Below the pieces are notes generated by a model, which saw nothing but the letters and a program-made list of their open reading frames with translations, did no database searches and was not told the DNA's origin. From Anthoceros angustus (taxonomy: Eukaryota > Plantae > Anthocerotophyta): a stretch of DNA of 64,000 nucleotides. Made by a program: the position numbers and the translations under genes. Below are positions 1-10,978 of this stretch, piece after piece; within the stretch, counting starts at the first letter, position 1; the number at the start of each line of letters is the position of its first letter. The stretch is from contig VJWM01000019.1 of NCBI GenBank assembly GCA_010909165.1, forward strand, positions 1,612,001 to 1,676,000, in the 5' to 3' direction.

Positions 1-62
1 GGGTACGTGAGAACAAGGATATCCCAGAGTGCGAGCATTGCAGTTCTTGTGCAGCAGCTGAC

Positions 63-1178
63 CTCCAGATTCAGTGCAAAAGCTGCTGCAGCAATTATGG
101 CGGGCAGGTAGGATGTTAAGCATAAATCGTTATCCTCGTCCAGTGCCTTTGGTGCCAACTGCAGCGAAAACCTCCTCACGGTCACCAGGAGCCCCAAAAG
201 CAGACCGACGCCACATAAGGCTGATGGAAGCCTGAAAGCCCAGACTTCAGGCCCTAGGATTTTCCCCTACAGACAGCAAGAAGTGGACAGCGCAATGCAA
301 TTCACCAGTCAGAAACCAGAGAGCGAACGCATTCGCTTCTACTAGACGAGACGAAGACTCATGAACACACCCAGTGTGGAACCTTACCGACATTGCCATC
401 AACCAATATATGAGCACGGGCTTGTCAAACCGGGGCTGTGCATTGAACTGAGGAGTGATATAATCGCCAGTTACAATCCTGCATTGCGAGCTCTTTTAAA
501 AAGATACCTGCAGCATCCCTAGAAACTGTGACAGGACCACATGAGGCTTGAAAGATCTCATATGCGGTTCATTCACTTGTGCTTTCAAACACCATGCAGG
601 AGCATTTACATTTGCCTAGCAGCTTCCACGAAAAGCGGTTCAGTATCATCCACCAAGCCGGCTGCTCCAAGGTTCCTCACCCAGGCCACCCCCGCCAGAG
701 CCCCCAGAAACAGAGCTCCAGCCAGCCTTCTCCGTAGAGGACTCATCTGTCTTACAGCGCCTGCCACGTCCGGGAACTGCAAAGGTCGGTACAGGAGGCT
801 CGGGAGAGACACCACTCTCCGTGTCCGAGATCTTCCTCTTCGCCGCGTTTTGTCCTGTTCACCGTCAGCTCCCTCTTCCTGCTCCTTACGAGCAGAAATC
901 CATCCTGCTGCATTCTGTGGCAGTCGAATTCCAGTCCTGTACCTCGAGCTCATAACAATTGCTTGACGCAATTGCAATCCATAAAACTTCCTCCGCGAGA
1001 GTGCACTATTCTGTGCAGTCTTGGGCTGCTCACAGGCTTGAGTGCACGTCCCACGCTCCGGCGTACAGAAGCGCGCCCGGACGGCAGGCCTACTGTTGCT
1101 GCCTTGCTGCAGAAATCCTGCGGGAAACGCATGCATCTTGCAAAACTCCAATGGCCGCGTGCAACCCGCGGAAGCCAT
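63..1178 (-). CDS. ArnT-like (GT-C fold, PMT_2/GT39-GT83-type) glycosyltransferase, 5' three exons; gene continues off the left edge of the window
   Basis: Exons 1178-610, 478-388 and 266-63 have GT-AG boundaries and join in frame: NLGAAGLVDDTEPLFVEAARQM-IVTGDYITPQFNAQPRFDKPVLIYWLMAMS-GKILGPEVWAFRLPSALCG...AAAAFALNLE. This is the ArnT/PMT_2 N-terminal signature (D-x-x-E acidic pair, GDxITP, DKPxLxYW, RLPSA). A ~150-aa Ser/Arg-rich N-terminal extension precedes it. Confidence 0.85.
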
Positions 1179-2031
1179 CAGTGCATCCCGAAGTTCACTA
1201 GACTGGCTGCCTGAAGTGCTTCATCTGATTGTTAACCTGAGGGACGGCTTGATTGCAGATTCCATTCCCAGAAGAGCATCCTTTGCCTTCGCACGGCCCA
1301 ACGGGAGAGGATATGACCCAGTTCACAACAAGTAGGCAAAACCCAGAACCCCTAACCACGAACTTTGTGGTCTTGCTCAGAACAGGTGCTACAAGTTGTG
1401 ACAAGTTCTTTTTCGAAGCCGTTCAAAATCGTAGAGCACTGGCTACTGAAGCTCAGTAGCCCGGTGCTCGTCCATGTCTCGGTCAGACGAACTAGCAAAC
1501 AACCAAGTCAAGCACTTCGTTCACATTCTGAGCTATGGTTGGAATACGACGGCATGATGGTGCTCTCCAGTGATGAGAAGGAAGATGTATCATTGCCTGA
1601 TTCCGTGCATCGTTTCGCTGGCCAGCAACTGCACAGAAAAACCAGGCGTTAGGCGCTTGAATATGCTTACCATTGAGGGTCGCTTTCCAAGTTTTGTGAG
1701 CAGCAGATTGCCTTTCAGGTTCGTATTGACTGGGAAGAGACAGGAAATCTGTCCCGACTTGGTGCCTGAGCTTGAGGCGTTCAAGAGTTGTGTCCATCCG
1801 ACTCCAAGCTGTTGTGATTTTTCATTCCATCATCTCGATTCTGTCCTAGTAAGCCATCAGGAGAGAGACGAGAGGGAATCTGATTTTACCGGCCTCAAGC
1901 AAGAGCTCGACGGGCCCAGCTGATTGCTTCACGGAGCTAGAGGAATTGGACACGGCGGAGAGACGACTGTTGGGGATTGTTCCTCCCAAGCCTCTAATGG
2001 CCAGTCCCCTGTCTTCACAGCTCTACCAGTG
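127..2031. repeat. Host segment A, copy 1 (other copies at 10979-12717 and 21680-23419)
   Basis: Near-identical sequence from tcgttatcctcgtccagtgcc to ctctaccagtg occurs three times in direct orientation. Confidence 0.95.
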
Positions 2032-2199
2032 TAACGGGAGCGCGAGGTACTAAGGCGCGAGGAAAGCACGAGCGTTTGCGAGAGCAGAAAGCACTGAAGG
2101 TGTTCGTTCATGTTTGGGGAAAGGTGAAGTACAAAATTGTGTCGGTTAAGTAGAGTACATGGTGGTTATTCTAAATATGCTTGGGTTATCAGCTTAACA
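2030..2199 (-). repeat. 3' LTR of a minus-strand Copia element (LTR-X)
   Basis: TGTAAC...TTAACA termini. Adjacent CACCCCCTTAA (2200-2210) is a polypurine tract on the minus strand. Similar to 10835-10975. Confidence 0.85.
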
Positions 2200-2399
2200 C
2201 ACCCCCTTAACCCTAGCAATGGTAGAGATGAAAACTTGAGAATAATGACGATTTGCTAGTATGTTGAGCTTCATCCGCCATCTTCTTACTTGAAAGATGT
2301 TCTTCTTAATAATAATATCATTTAGTGGAAAGAGGTAATAGAGATATGAAGTCTCTAAGCCCCATGGCCTCCATATGAATGAAGTGTTTATGTTTTGGT

Positions 2400-3075
2400 A
2401 GGGGCTTCGTCAGAAGATCATATTTGTGGGAACATAAGAAATCTTCACAACGTGAGTCTCATCAGCTTATCTTACATAGTGTTGTCGGATTTCAATGTGT
2501 TTAGTCCGAGAGTGAAGGCGAGGCTTACTGGCCATGGCAATAATGGACTTGTTATCACATAAAATCAGAGTTGGTGAAGCTTGTTTATAGGCGAACCGAG
2601 AAAAGTCCTCTCCCAAGCGGCTTCCTTGGATGCATCGGTCAAAGCTATGTATTCGGCCTCAGATGATAAAGCCATTGAAGTCCGCTTCTTAGACCTCCAG
2701 TTGATAGTTCCATTAGAGAGCACAAAACAATAAGATATGCTTCTTCGACTATCGGATCTCGAGGCCCAATCGCCATCAGCATATCCCGTAATGTAACGGT
2801 AGAACTATTGTCTTGAAACCAAAGCCCATAAGAGAGAGTTCTCTTTAGGTATCTATACACCCTCTTAAGCCGGTATTCACGCCCGGATTTTCTAGAAATT
2901 GAGATAAAGTGCTAATGGTATATTGGATATTGGGCCGAGTCCAACAACATAAATAGTAAAGACACCTTTGCATGCCTATAGGGAACTTGTGATATAGCAA
3001 ACTTCTCCTCATTTATTTGTGGAGATTGAAAGGTGGTCAATCCCGATTGAATGCTTCTCTTTTCAATACCCTAGG
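2400..3075 (-). mobile_element. Copia RT C-terminus and RNase H fragment
   Basis: Motifs YRHAVGCLYYL..TRPNI, ENPGREY, NWRSKKQTSMALSSTEAEYIA and HSRTKHIEIR (cleaner in copy 2, 13148-13785). Confidence 0.9.
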
Positions 3076-3754
3076 AGCAAGATGGCCTACGTGCTACCTT
3101 GCTTCTTCTTAGAAAACAACTTGGTGTCATCTTCAACAAGAGGAGCTTTTAGCAATCAAAGATATGCAAGACCTTAGTCCACTAGTGATGATTCTGATGT
3201 GTTCCGATATTGTGGAGATATTTTGACTGATGAGAATCAAAGGTCCTCCTCCTACCATTCACACAACAAGGAGACAAACTCACCTTATTATTCTCTAACT
3301 ATACCACTACACCAGTTCATAGTGTCACTCCACATAATTCGTCATCATAACGTTCTAATCGATCGGTCAAGATCATTCTACTTCTACTAAGAAACTCTAT
3401 TATCTTTGATGGATGTCATGCCGTATGATACTAATCTCTACACTTGGATTCAGTGTTTTATTAGCATTAATTAATCTAATGACTTATCTTTAAGTAAGTA
3501 ATTAGTGTTAATTAATCTAAACCACTTATGTTAATTAAGCATTGATTAGTATTAAGTAAACATGGTTAGCAATAGCTAAGTGGATAAGCTCAAGTAATAT
3601 GCTTTGGCATATTCCTTGCATATTATAGTGTATTCTTATGATACAATAGCTAAGAGGATGATTTATTAAGGTGAAAGAACGATGGAAAGAGACCATCTAG
3701 GAGGGGACAACAAATGGGGACCCGGGGTCGGAGTGAAGAGGAGCAACCAGCTCC

Positions 3755-4022
3755 CTACCTAAAGTGACCAAGCACCCACAATGTCATATGCGTAGAATAA
3801 ACGGCCGCAAAACCACGGAGGAAAGGAAAAGGCATCACCCACCGCCGCCACCTCATGGAGAATCGCTGAGGCCTGAAGAGCAATAGAAACCACTGGCCGG
3901 AGTATCTTTGTAACGGAGGGATGCGACTATGCTGCGCGCATGGTAAGCTTTGGCACAAGACTTGACGAATTTGTTAAAGTCCTCAGCCATTGCCCCATAC
4001 GTTTCTAGAGCAAGCGGGATAA
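3755..4022 (-). mobile_element. 3' fragment of a CRE-like non-LTR retrotransposon (restriction-like endonuclease C-terminus)
   Basis: AGHLFIPLALETYGAMAEDF. The homologous copy at 56351-56680 preserves YFRQRVSIALQRA, typical of CRE-clade RLE domains. A third copy lies at 14462-14752. Confidence 0.7.
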
Positions 4023-6610
4023 AGAGGTGGCCTGCTTGCATCCTGAACCCTGGACGTGAACACTAGATGTCAACTAAGCGCATATTCAGATACCTCAAGG
4101 GTACCATGCACACAGGATTGACATTCAAGTATACACCAGGCATAAAGACGTTGACATTAATAAATTACCGACGCTGACTATGGTGGACTGACACACGCAG
4201 ATCCGATCGTGTGATCGCTATTGGGGAGCACCAATATCCCGTCAAGTAAGAAACAACCAACCATAGCCTTGTCCAAAGACCGAGTATAGAGTACTAACCT
4301 CGGTTGCTAAAGACATAGTATGGACTAGGCTAACCTTGAGTGAACTTCATCACAAGCGGAAAAGCCCACCTTGTTGTTGAGTGATAGTGAGCTATAGCCT
4401 TGTCAAGGAACCCCGTCTTCCACTCTAGAACTAAACATATTGTCGAATATCATTACATCGAGAGAAAATAGAGGATAAAACTATAGATATTAGTTATGTT
4501 CAAACTTTAGATAACGCAATGATTTATTAACAAAGTCACTAGGCATTGAATCGCACAGAAACATATGAAATGTTTAGGTATATTGGACACATTGTCTAAG
4601 CCTCCACCTATAGTTCATCCTAGCGACTAAATTGGTCTACTTGAGATAACCTTACTAGTCCAATATTCTATTCTAAGTCTTGAACAATCATCCTCAATCT
4701 CAACATAGGCCTTGTATCCTCATCCTCTTCATACATAGTTGAGGAGCTCTCTGGAAAATAATATTAAAATATTAAATAATATTTTGCTAATTAAAACTTT
4801 TCCATATTTTCTTAGCCTCAGGAATACTCACGATAGACATGGATCATATGTCCGGGAAATTCTTCACAGACAGCATACATAACCCGTATCATGTGTATCT
4901 TAGTTTCCAGGCAAACATAGGAGCATGGTGGTACGTCTAGCCCGCTCTCCCCTTTCATATTAGTGATTATATAGATGAGCTTCACATCATCACCCTTGGG
5001 ATATATGCCGGGCTTCCAGAACCCTATGTTTCCTATCCTATGTCTTACTTCTAAAAGAAATCTAAAATGGGCAAGTTTTTAGCAAGAGAAAAATAAGTTA
5101 GAACACCTTTTTAGAATCACAAAAGCATGTCTACCTTTTCATTTTCTCATTTTCTTCATTTTCATTTCATTTTCCTTTTTCCCATAATTTTCCATACATA
5201 AATCTGCGAAAATAGTATCAGAAAATTCATCACAATTAATATTTTGAACTGGAAAATGGTCATTTGAAGATGCCCACAAACGGGCTTACAACTAGGTGCC
5301 TCTCCTCAAAAAAGGGGGCATCCATCGCTCAAGGTGCCTCCCTTCATGACAGGGGAACCTTATTACACACATGTTGCCTTACTTGAGATTTCAGCCTCCT
5401 TCATCAGGTGGAAGCCCTTCCATGAAGATTCTTCCAAGGCACTTGTATCGAGAGAACAATCTCGCGATTTCTTCTCCACAAGAACTTTAGAATCTTCCTC
5501 GGCGATCTCTCATCCGCACACAACTGAGGACATGACGGAGCAGCCTAGGCTTGGGATTGGCGCACTTTTCAACAAATTGAGACAAGACATGGGATCTTCT
5601 CCAATTTCCCGGCTTGGGTGAGACACTCCCGCATATGGCAGCACTCACACATCAATTGGCGATCGACTGAGGAACAAAATTCCACCTCTCCCGGTGACTT
5701 CAACATCAACACGAGTGCCACCACTTCCTACCACGAAATCGTGGTGGGCTCTCAACAAAGTTGGAATCCTAGGCAGAGGATCACCGGGAGGCGTTGCTCT
5801 TGAGGCGCGATCCCTCCCAGGCCGCTCCTCTTCTTCCACCGCAGTGTGGCGTCTTTCTTCCCAGCGACGCAGGCGACACATGGTGACGACATGGCGGGCG
5901 CGGGGCGCCCGCGCGCGCGCCCTCCGGCGGGCGCGCCGCTTCTGCACACCGCAGGCGCCAAGGAGCTTTTGGGAGGAGCGGGAGGCGGGAGGCGGGAGGA
6001 GGAGGAATAAAACCGTATGGGAGGGTACATTATGACCATATGGCGGGCATCATATGGCTCATCAATTTAATGGGTTTTCACTTTTTTTACCTCTTTCAAG
6101 TTTTCTTTTAACTTTTACCTATGGTTTTTATTAAGATTAACCTAGTTTAAGTTTTACTTTTATCTTTTTACCTTATTTAGGAATTCACTATTTTCCTAAT
6201 TAAGTTTTTGGTAATTAATTTTGATTACATTAAATTCTGCTTAAATGTAACTTAAGGCAGTTTTTAATCGTTTTCTTAGTTAGCGAATAGCTTTCAAGTT
6301 AGTGGGAGCTAACTAACCTTTTTAGGCTTATTTTGAAGCTATTTCTTCACACCTAGTTCATAGTGAGTGGGAGTGATGAAATATGACCTATTTAGGGCAC
6401 TCTTCACTAGGGCACCTAAGACCATTAATTAATTTAGTTCTTAGGGCTTTAGGTAGTTTAATGAGTAGTTAGTTGTTACAACCACTTAGAGGTTAGAACT
6501 ACTTATGGTTACAACCACCTTATGGTTATAACCACCTAGCCTATATAAAGGCTTTGTACTTTCTATTATAATCACGCATACAACTCTTTGTGCAAAGCTT
6601 TCTACTATCA
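4023..6610 (+). mobile_element. 5'-truncated Copia element: RNase H, long 3' region, PPT and 3' LTR (6374-6610)
   Basis: KRIFRYLKGT, SKKQPTIALS, NPVFHSRTKHI, ADLLTKSL. PPT-like AGTGAGTGGGAG is followed by TGATG...TATCA with TATA box CTATATAAAG at ~6541. Confidence 0.8.
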
Positions 6611-8510
6611 CTTGCTATGTTTTGCTACCTAGAGCTATGATTCTCATCAATAAACTAGTTGACTTGAATACCCATGCTATTGTATATGCTCGCACTGTCA
6701 CTTTTGATGAGGCTCGGTTAGCATCTGCTCGTTCTGTCCCCGTGGACTCTGCTTCGGCTCCTTCCGACGACACTGCTTCTTCCGACCTTATGCCTAAGTT
6801 TTTTGACTCTACCCTCTGTTTTCCCTGACTCCGGTCCTCCAGCGACTACTGCTCCACCCATGGCCTCCTCACCTCAAGCAACAACTCTGCCTATTGTTCC
6901 CGCTCGAGAGGGGGAAGATGAATAGGCCATTGTTGATCCTTTTGAAAACAGAGAAGACTTTGGTGCTCTTAATCCCCAAGACCTAGAGACCTTTCTTGCT
7001 CCACCGCCTCCAGTTATACTTGATCCAGCCCCTGAGCGACGATATCCTTTGCGTCAACGACAATCGAGACACCTCTGGAACGAGATCCCCTTTGATTTAG
7101 CGTTCAATCATGCTGGCTACACCTGCTGCAGGTCATTTCAATGCGTTCACTGTTGGTCCTTCAGAGGGAGATCCTCTCACTCTACAAGAAGCATATTCGT
7201 GACTTGATGCAGCTAAGTGGAAGTTTGCTATTGATGATGAATATAATTCTCTTATCAAAAATAATACTTGGACTTGAGTAAACTTGCCCAAAGGCAAAAC
7301 TAATGTCAAATGCAAGTGGGTTCTCAAAACTAAATTCCAGGAGGTTGAACTTCAAATTTGCTATAGAGCAAGACTAGTGGCTAAGGGTTATAGTCAGAAA
7401 GAGGGTGTGGACTATCAGGGCGATAAGGTTTATTCACCTGTTGTCAAGGCTGCTTCCGTGAGAATGCTCTTGGCTTTATGTGCCGAGCTTAATCTGGAAA
7501 TTTATCAGCTTGACATTTGTACTGCTTTCCTTTATGGTCATCTGCAAGAAGAGATCTATATGGATAAATTGGAAGACTATGAAGATGAGCAACACCCAAA
7601 CAAAGTGTGTAAACTTATTCACTCCATTTACGGACTGACGCACAGCCCACGTTTATGGTATGAAAGAATGGATTCTTACCTCAAGAAGATAGGTTTTATT
7701 CAAAGTGAAGCAGACACCAATATCTACATACTCTACAAGGATAGCTCCCTTGTACTGGTTGCACTATACATTGTTACTTATTCCTGGCAACAATATTTAA
7801 CTAGTTAACCAGATTTAAGCTGATCTTAGTAAAGAATTCGAAATGAAGAATCTCGGCAAAGTTAAATATATTCTTGGAATGCATGTACATAGAGATGCCA
7901 CTGGAGCTATTTATCTCCATCAAGGAAGATATGTAGCTGGCATGTTAAGACACTTCAATTTGGAGAATGCACATGCAGCAGCCACACCTGGCGCCGTAGG
8001 TGTTAAGCTTTCATCTACTACCCGTCCACAATCTCAACAGGAAAAGAAAGAGATGGAAAATATTCCTTATCGTATGGGAGTTGGTACTCTCATGTTCTTG
8101 AGTAATCAAACCAAACCATCTCAAATATTGTAAATGTTGTTGCTCGCCTCGGAGAATCCAAGAAAGGATCACTGGGTTGCTCTCAAGCACATCATGCGGT
8201 ACCTCAAGGGTACTCCAAATTATGGCCTCTGCTTCAAACCTAGCGGAAAGAAGCATTTGCTATTGACACGCTTTGTCGATGCAGATTGGGCTTCAGATGC
8301 TGACACTCGAAAAAATATCTCAGCATATTGTTTTTTTGCTGGCTCCACTGTTGTTAATTGGTCTTGTAGAAAACAAGCTACAATATCACTATCATCAACA
8401 GAATCGGAGCACAAAGCACTCACTGAAGCCACGATAGAGGCTAAATGGGAAAGAAAGCTATGTGAAGATTTGGATATGAAGTAGGAAGGGCCAACAATGC
8501 TTAATTGTGA
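6611..8510 (+). mobile_element. Copia pol fragment (integrase C-terminus, RT, RNase H)
   Basis: IVYARTVTFDE; CKWVLKTK..YRARLVAKGYSQKEGVDY; YQLDICTAFLYGHLQEEIYM; FVDADWASDADTRK; NWSCRKQATISLSSTESE. In-frame stops are present. Confidence 0.93.
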
Positions 8511-8767
8511 TTAATTTTTAGTTCTTAGATTTAGATAATCCAACTAGTCTGAGAGGGAGAGTTAGAAGTACAGACCGCGTTGGTTAGCTTGGCTTAACCC
8601 AGCGTGGTCATACCCTCTGGAATCTTGTACCGAAGAGGTACAATTATTCAGACACAGGCTATAAAAGTGCACTACTTGTAATCAATTGTATCAATTAGTA
8701 AAGCACTAAACTTTGATCATAAATTCGCTTCCGCAAAGCACCTCAAACCGACTTGCGGCCATCAACA
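8506..8767 (+). repeat. Probable solo or remnant LTR
   Basis: AT-rich non-coding ~260 bp between two pol fragments, with TG...CA ends and TATA-like CTATAAAAG. Confidence 0.5.
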
Positions 8768-10827
8768 TCTCCAGCCCAATATGAATCATAAAATCCAACT
8801 ACCTTGGCTTCTTGTTGTCGCTCCTTTTGCTATTTCAACTCCCAATGTTTTGTGCCGCGCAAGTACTTGAATATCCTCTTGATTGCTTGATAATGTTGTT
8901 GCCCAGGGTTGGCCAAAAATTGACTCACAACTCCCACTGCCTTTGCACTGTCGGGCCTTATCCCTATGGCCAAATATGTAAGACAAACAACAACATGCTG
9001 GTAGAGAGTTTTATCTACCTTCGCTTTCTCCTTTTCAGTTGTAGGGCTCATCTCCTTTGATAGCTTCTCATTGAAGATCATTGCCTTCATGGGTTTCCAA
9101 TCTTGCATGTCAAAAGCCTCGATAGTCTCCACATACGTTTGTTGGCTCAAAGAGTCTATATACTTGTTAGCCTTATTCCTTTTTACCTTTATTCCTAAGA
9201 AATAGTGGAGCTCACCCAAATCTCTCATATCAAAGCTTGCATTAAGGCTTTTATTTGCTAAGTCTAAGAGTTCCATGTTATTGCTAGCAATAATCAAATC
9301 GTCCATATAGACATGATGATAATTATAGATTCTCCCACTCTTTTCACATAGATATTCCAATCGATTGGTTTTTGAAACCTATAAACTGGAAAAACACATC
9401 AAGCTTACGATACCAAGCAAGGGCCGATTGCTTAAGACCATAGAGAGCCTTTAGCAGCCTACATACCTCTCCCTCGCGTCCTGGTATTTCATATTCCTTT
9501 GGTTGGTCCATGTAGATCTCTTCATCCACATTTCTATTTAGAAAAGCGGTGAGAACATCCATTAAATATATCTCCATGTCGAAAGAGGATGCGATAGCTA
9601 GAGTTTTGGAGATGCTATCTTAGCAACAAGGGAGAAGGCAAAGATAATCCACGCTTGGGACTTGTGTATATCCTTTGCCCAGTATTTGCCTTGTGGCGCT
9701 CTATGCTTCCATCAACCTTGCGCTTAATCTTAAATGTCCACTTGGATCCTATGCTCTTCCTTAGGAGGTAGAGGAGTGATTACCCAAGTGTTATTCTTGA
9801 GAAGGAGTTATATTAATTGTCCACGGCTTCTTTCCACTCCTTCGCCTTTGGTCATTCCAATGCCTCCCTCACGCTTTGTGGTTCGCCGGCATCTGCCAAC
9901 CATGCCTCCTCATACACACATGCATTCATGGATTCCAAGATCTTCCGTGAAGGTTTCAAACTACTCAACAAAGATAGTGATCACCTTGCCCTCCTGGAGG
10001 TTTCATCTCCGCCTCCTCATTTGATCAACCAAGCTTTTCAACTTGTTGACATGTTGACTGTCGCCTCACCATCTTGAAGTTGGAGAATTGACTTTCCAAC
10101 AAAGATTCCACTCACAATGCTCTTCTTCTCGACGTTGTAAAGAATTTTTCATGCATCCTGCCAAGAGACACACTCACTCAATTGTGAGAGAACGTCATCT
10201 AACCCATTCAGAATAATATTAGCCAAGGCTTTCGGATCCTTGCCTACATCCTTTTCAGAAGGGCCATATGAAAGTCCATTTTCTACAAACTTTCACAATC
10301 CTTTGTCAATGAGATTTTAGCTTCAACTCCATAATGTGAAGTTCCTGACATCCAACTTCTCCACTTGATGCGTAGTCTCCATATGCATGCCGTTGGAAGC
10401 CATGCAAAGACGAGACAAAAATTCCTCGCACCAAAACTACTGCCAAGCGTCGCAAAATTGCAAACAAGCTTTCACAGACACTTCGTCTGCATAGCTACAA
10501 ATAATGCAATTCGTCTGCATAGCTACAAATAATGCAATAAAAGGCAAGTAACAACAGTCCCACACAAGGTGGTGTAGAGTACTTTTTGCAGCTCCTGAAC
10601 CATGCTCTGATACCATGTTAGAGAACAGTAAGTCCCAATTTCAGTGCAATAAAAATGGTGTGCTATGCATACATATATAGTCCTTGGCCTTGTCATGTTC
10701 TCGATAATATGAACCCTATCTCGATCTTGGGATTGTCCTATCTACTTCTAGGACTTATTCTATCTACTTATAGGACTTATTCTCTGAACTCTAATATGGG
10801 ATCTGTTGCACTGATCGATTTCTAACA
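8768..10827 (-). mobile_element. Internally deleted Copia element: 5' LTR (10616-10827), tRNA-Met PBS, gag joined to RT
   Basis: LTR TGTTAG...CTAACA; PBS TGGTATCAGAGCA (10603-10615, minus). Gag reads VEKLDGRNFTLWKLKLK...FKMAEGDTVQQHV; RT reads DVLTAFLN..EEIYMDQP, LKALYGLKQS, VYMDDL (clearer at 19595-20362). Protease and integrase are missing. Confidence 0.9.
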
Positions 10828-10834
10828 GATACCA

Positions 10835-10975
10835 TGTAGCGGGAGCGCGAGGCACTGAGGAGGAAAGTACGAGCGTTTTGTTCATGTTTGGGGAAATGTG
10901 AAGTACACAAAATTGTGTCGGTTCAGTAGAGTACGTGGTGGTTATTCTAACTGCGCTTGGGTTATTAGCTTAACG
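10835..10975 (-). repeat. 5' LTR related to LTR-X, with truncated PBS TGGTATC (10828-10834)
   Basis: TGTAGCGGGAGCGCGAGG...AGCTTAAC resembles 2030-2199 but is diverged and shorter. Confidence 0.82.
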
Positions 10976-10978
10976 CGC

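Larger units (their letters stand above)
2030..10975. mobile_element. Nest of degenerate Ty1/Copia LTR retrotransposons, copy 1
   Basis: Bounded by related LTRs (2030-2199 and 10835-10975). Contains at least four Copia RT/RNase H/gag fragments in both orientations, extra LTRs, PBS and PPT sites. Confidence 0.93.

Noticed and set aside
541-1923. Plus-strand ORFs repeated in all three A copies
   Set aside because: They are antisense to the ArnT-like gene or lie in its promoter. Recurrence reflects duplication, and the frames change between copies.
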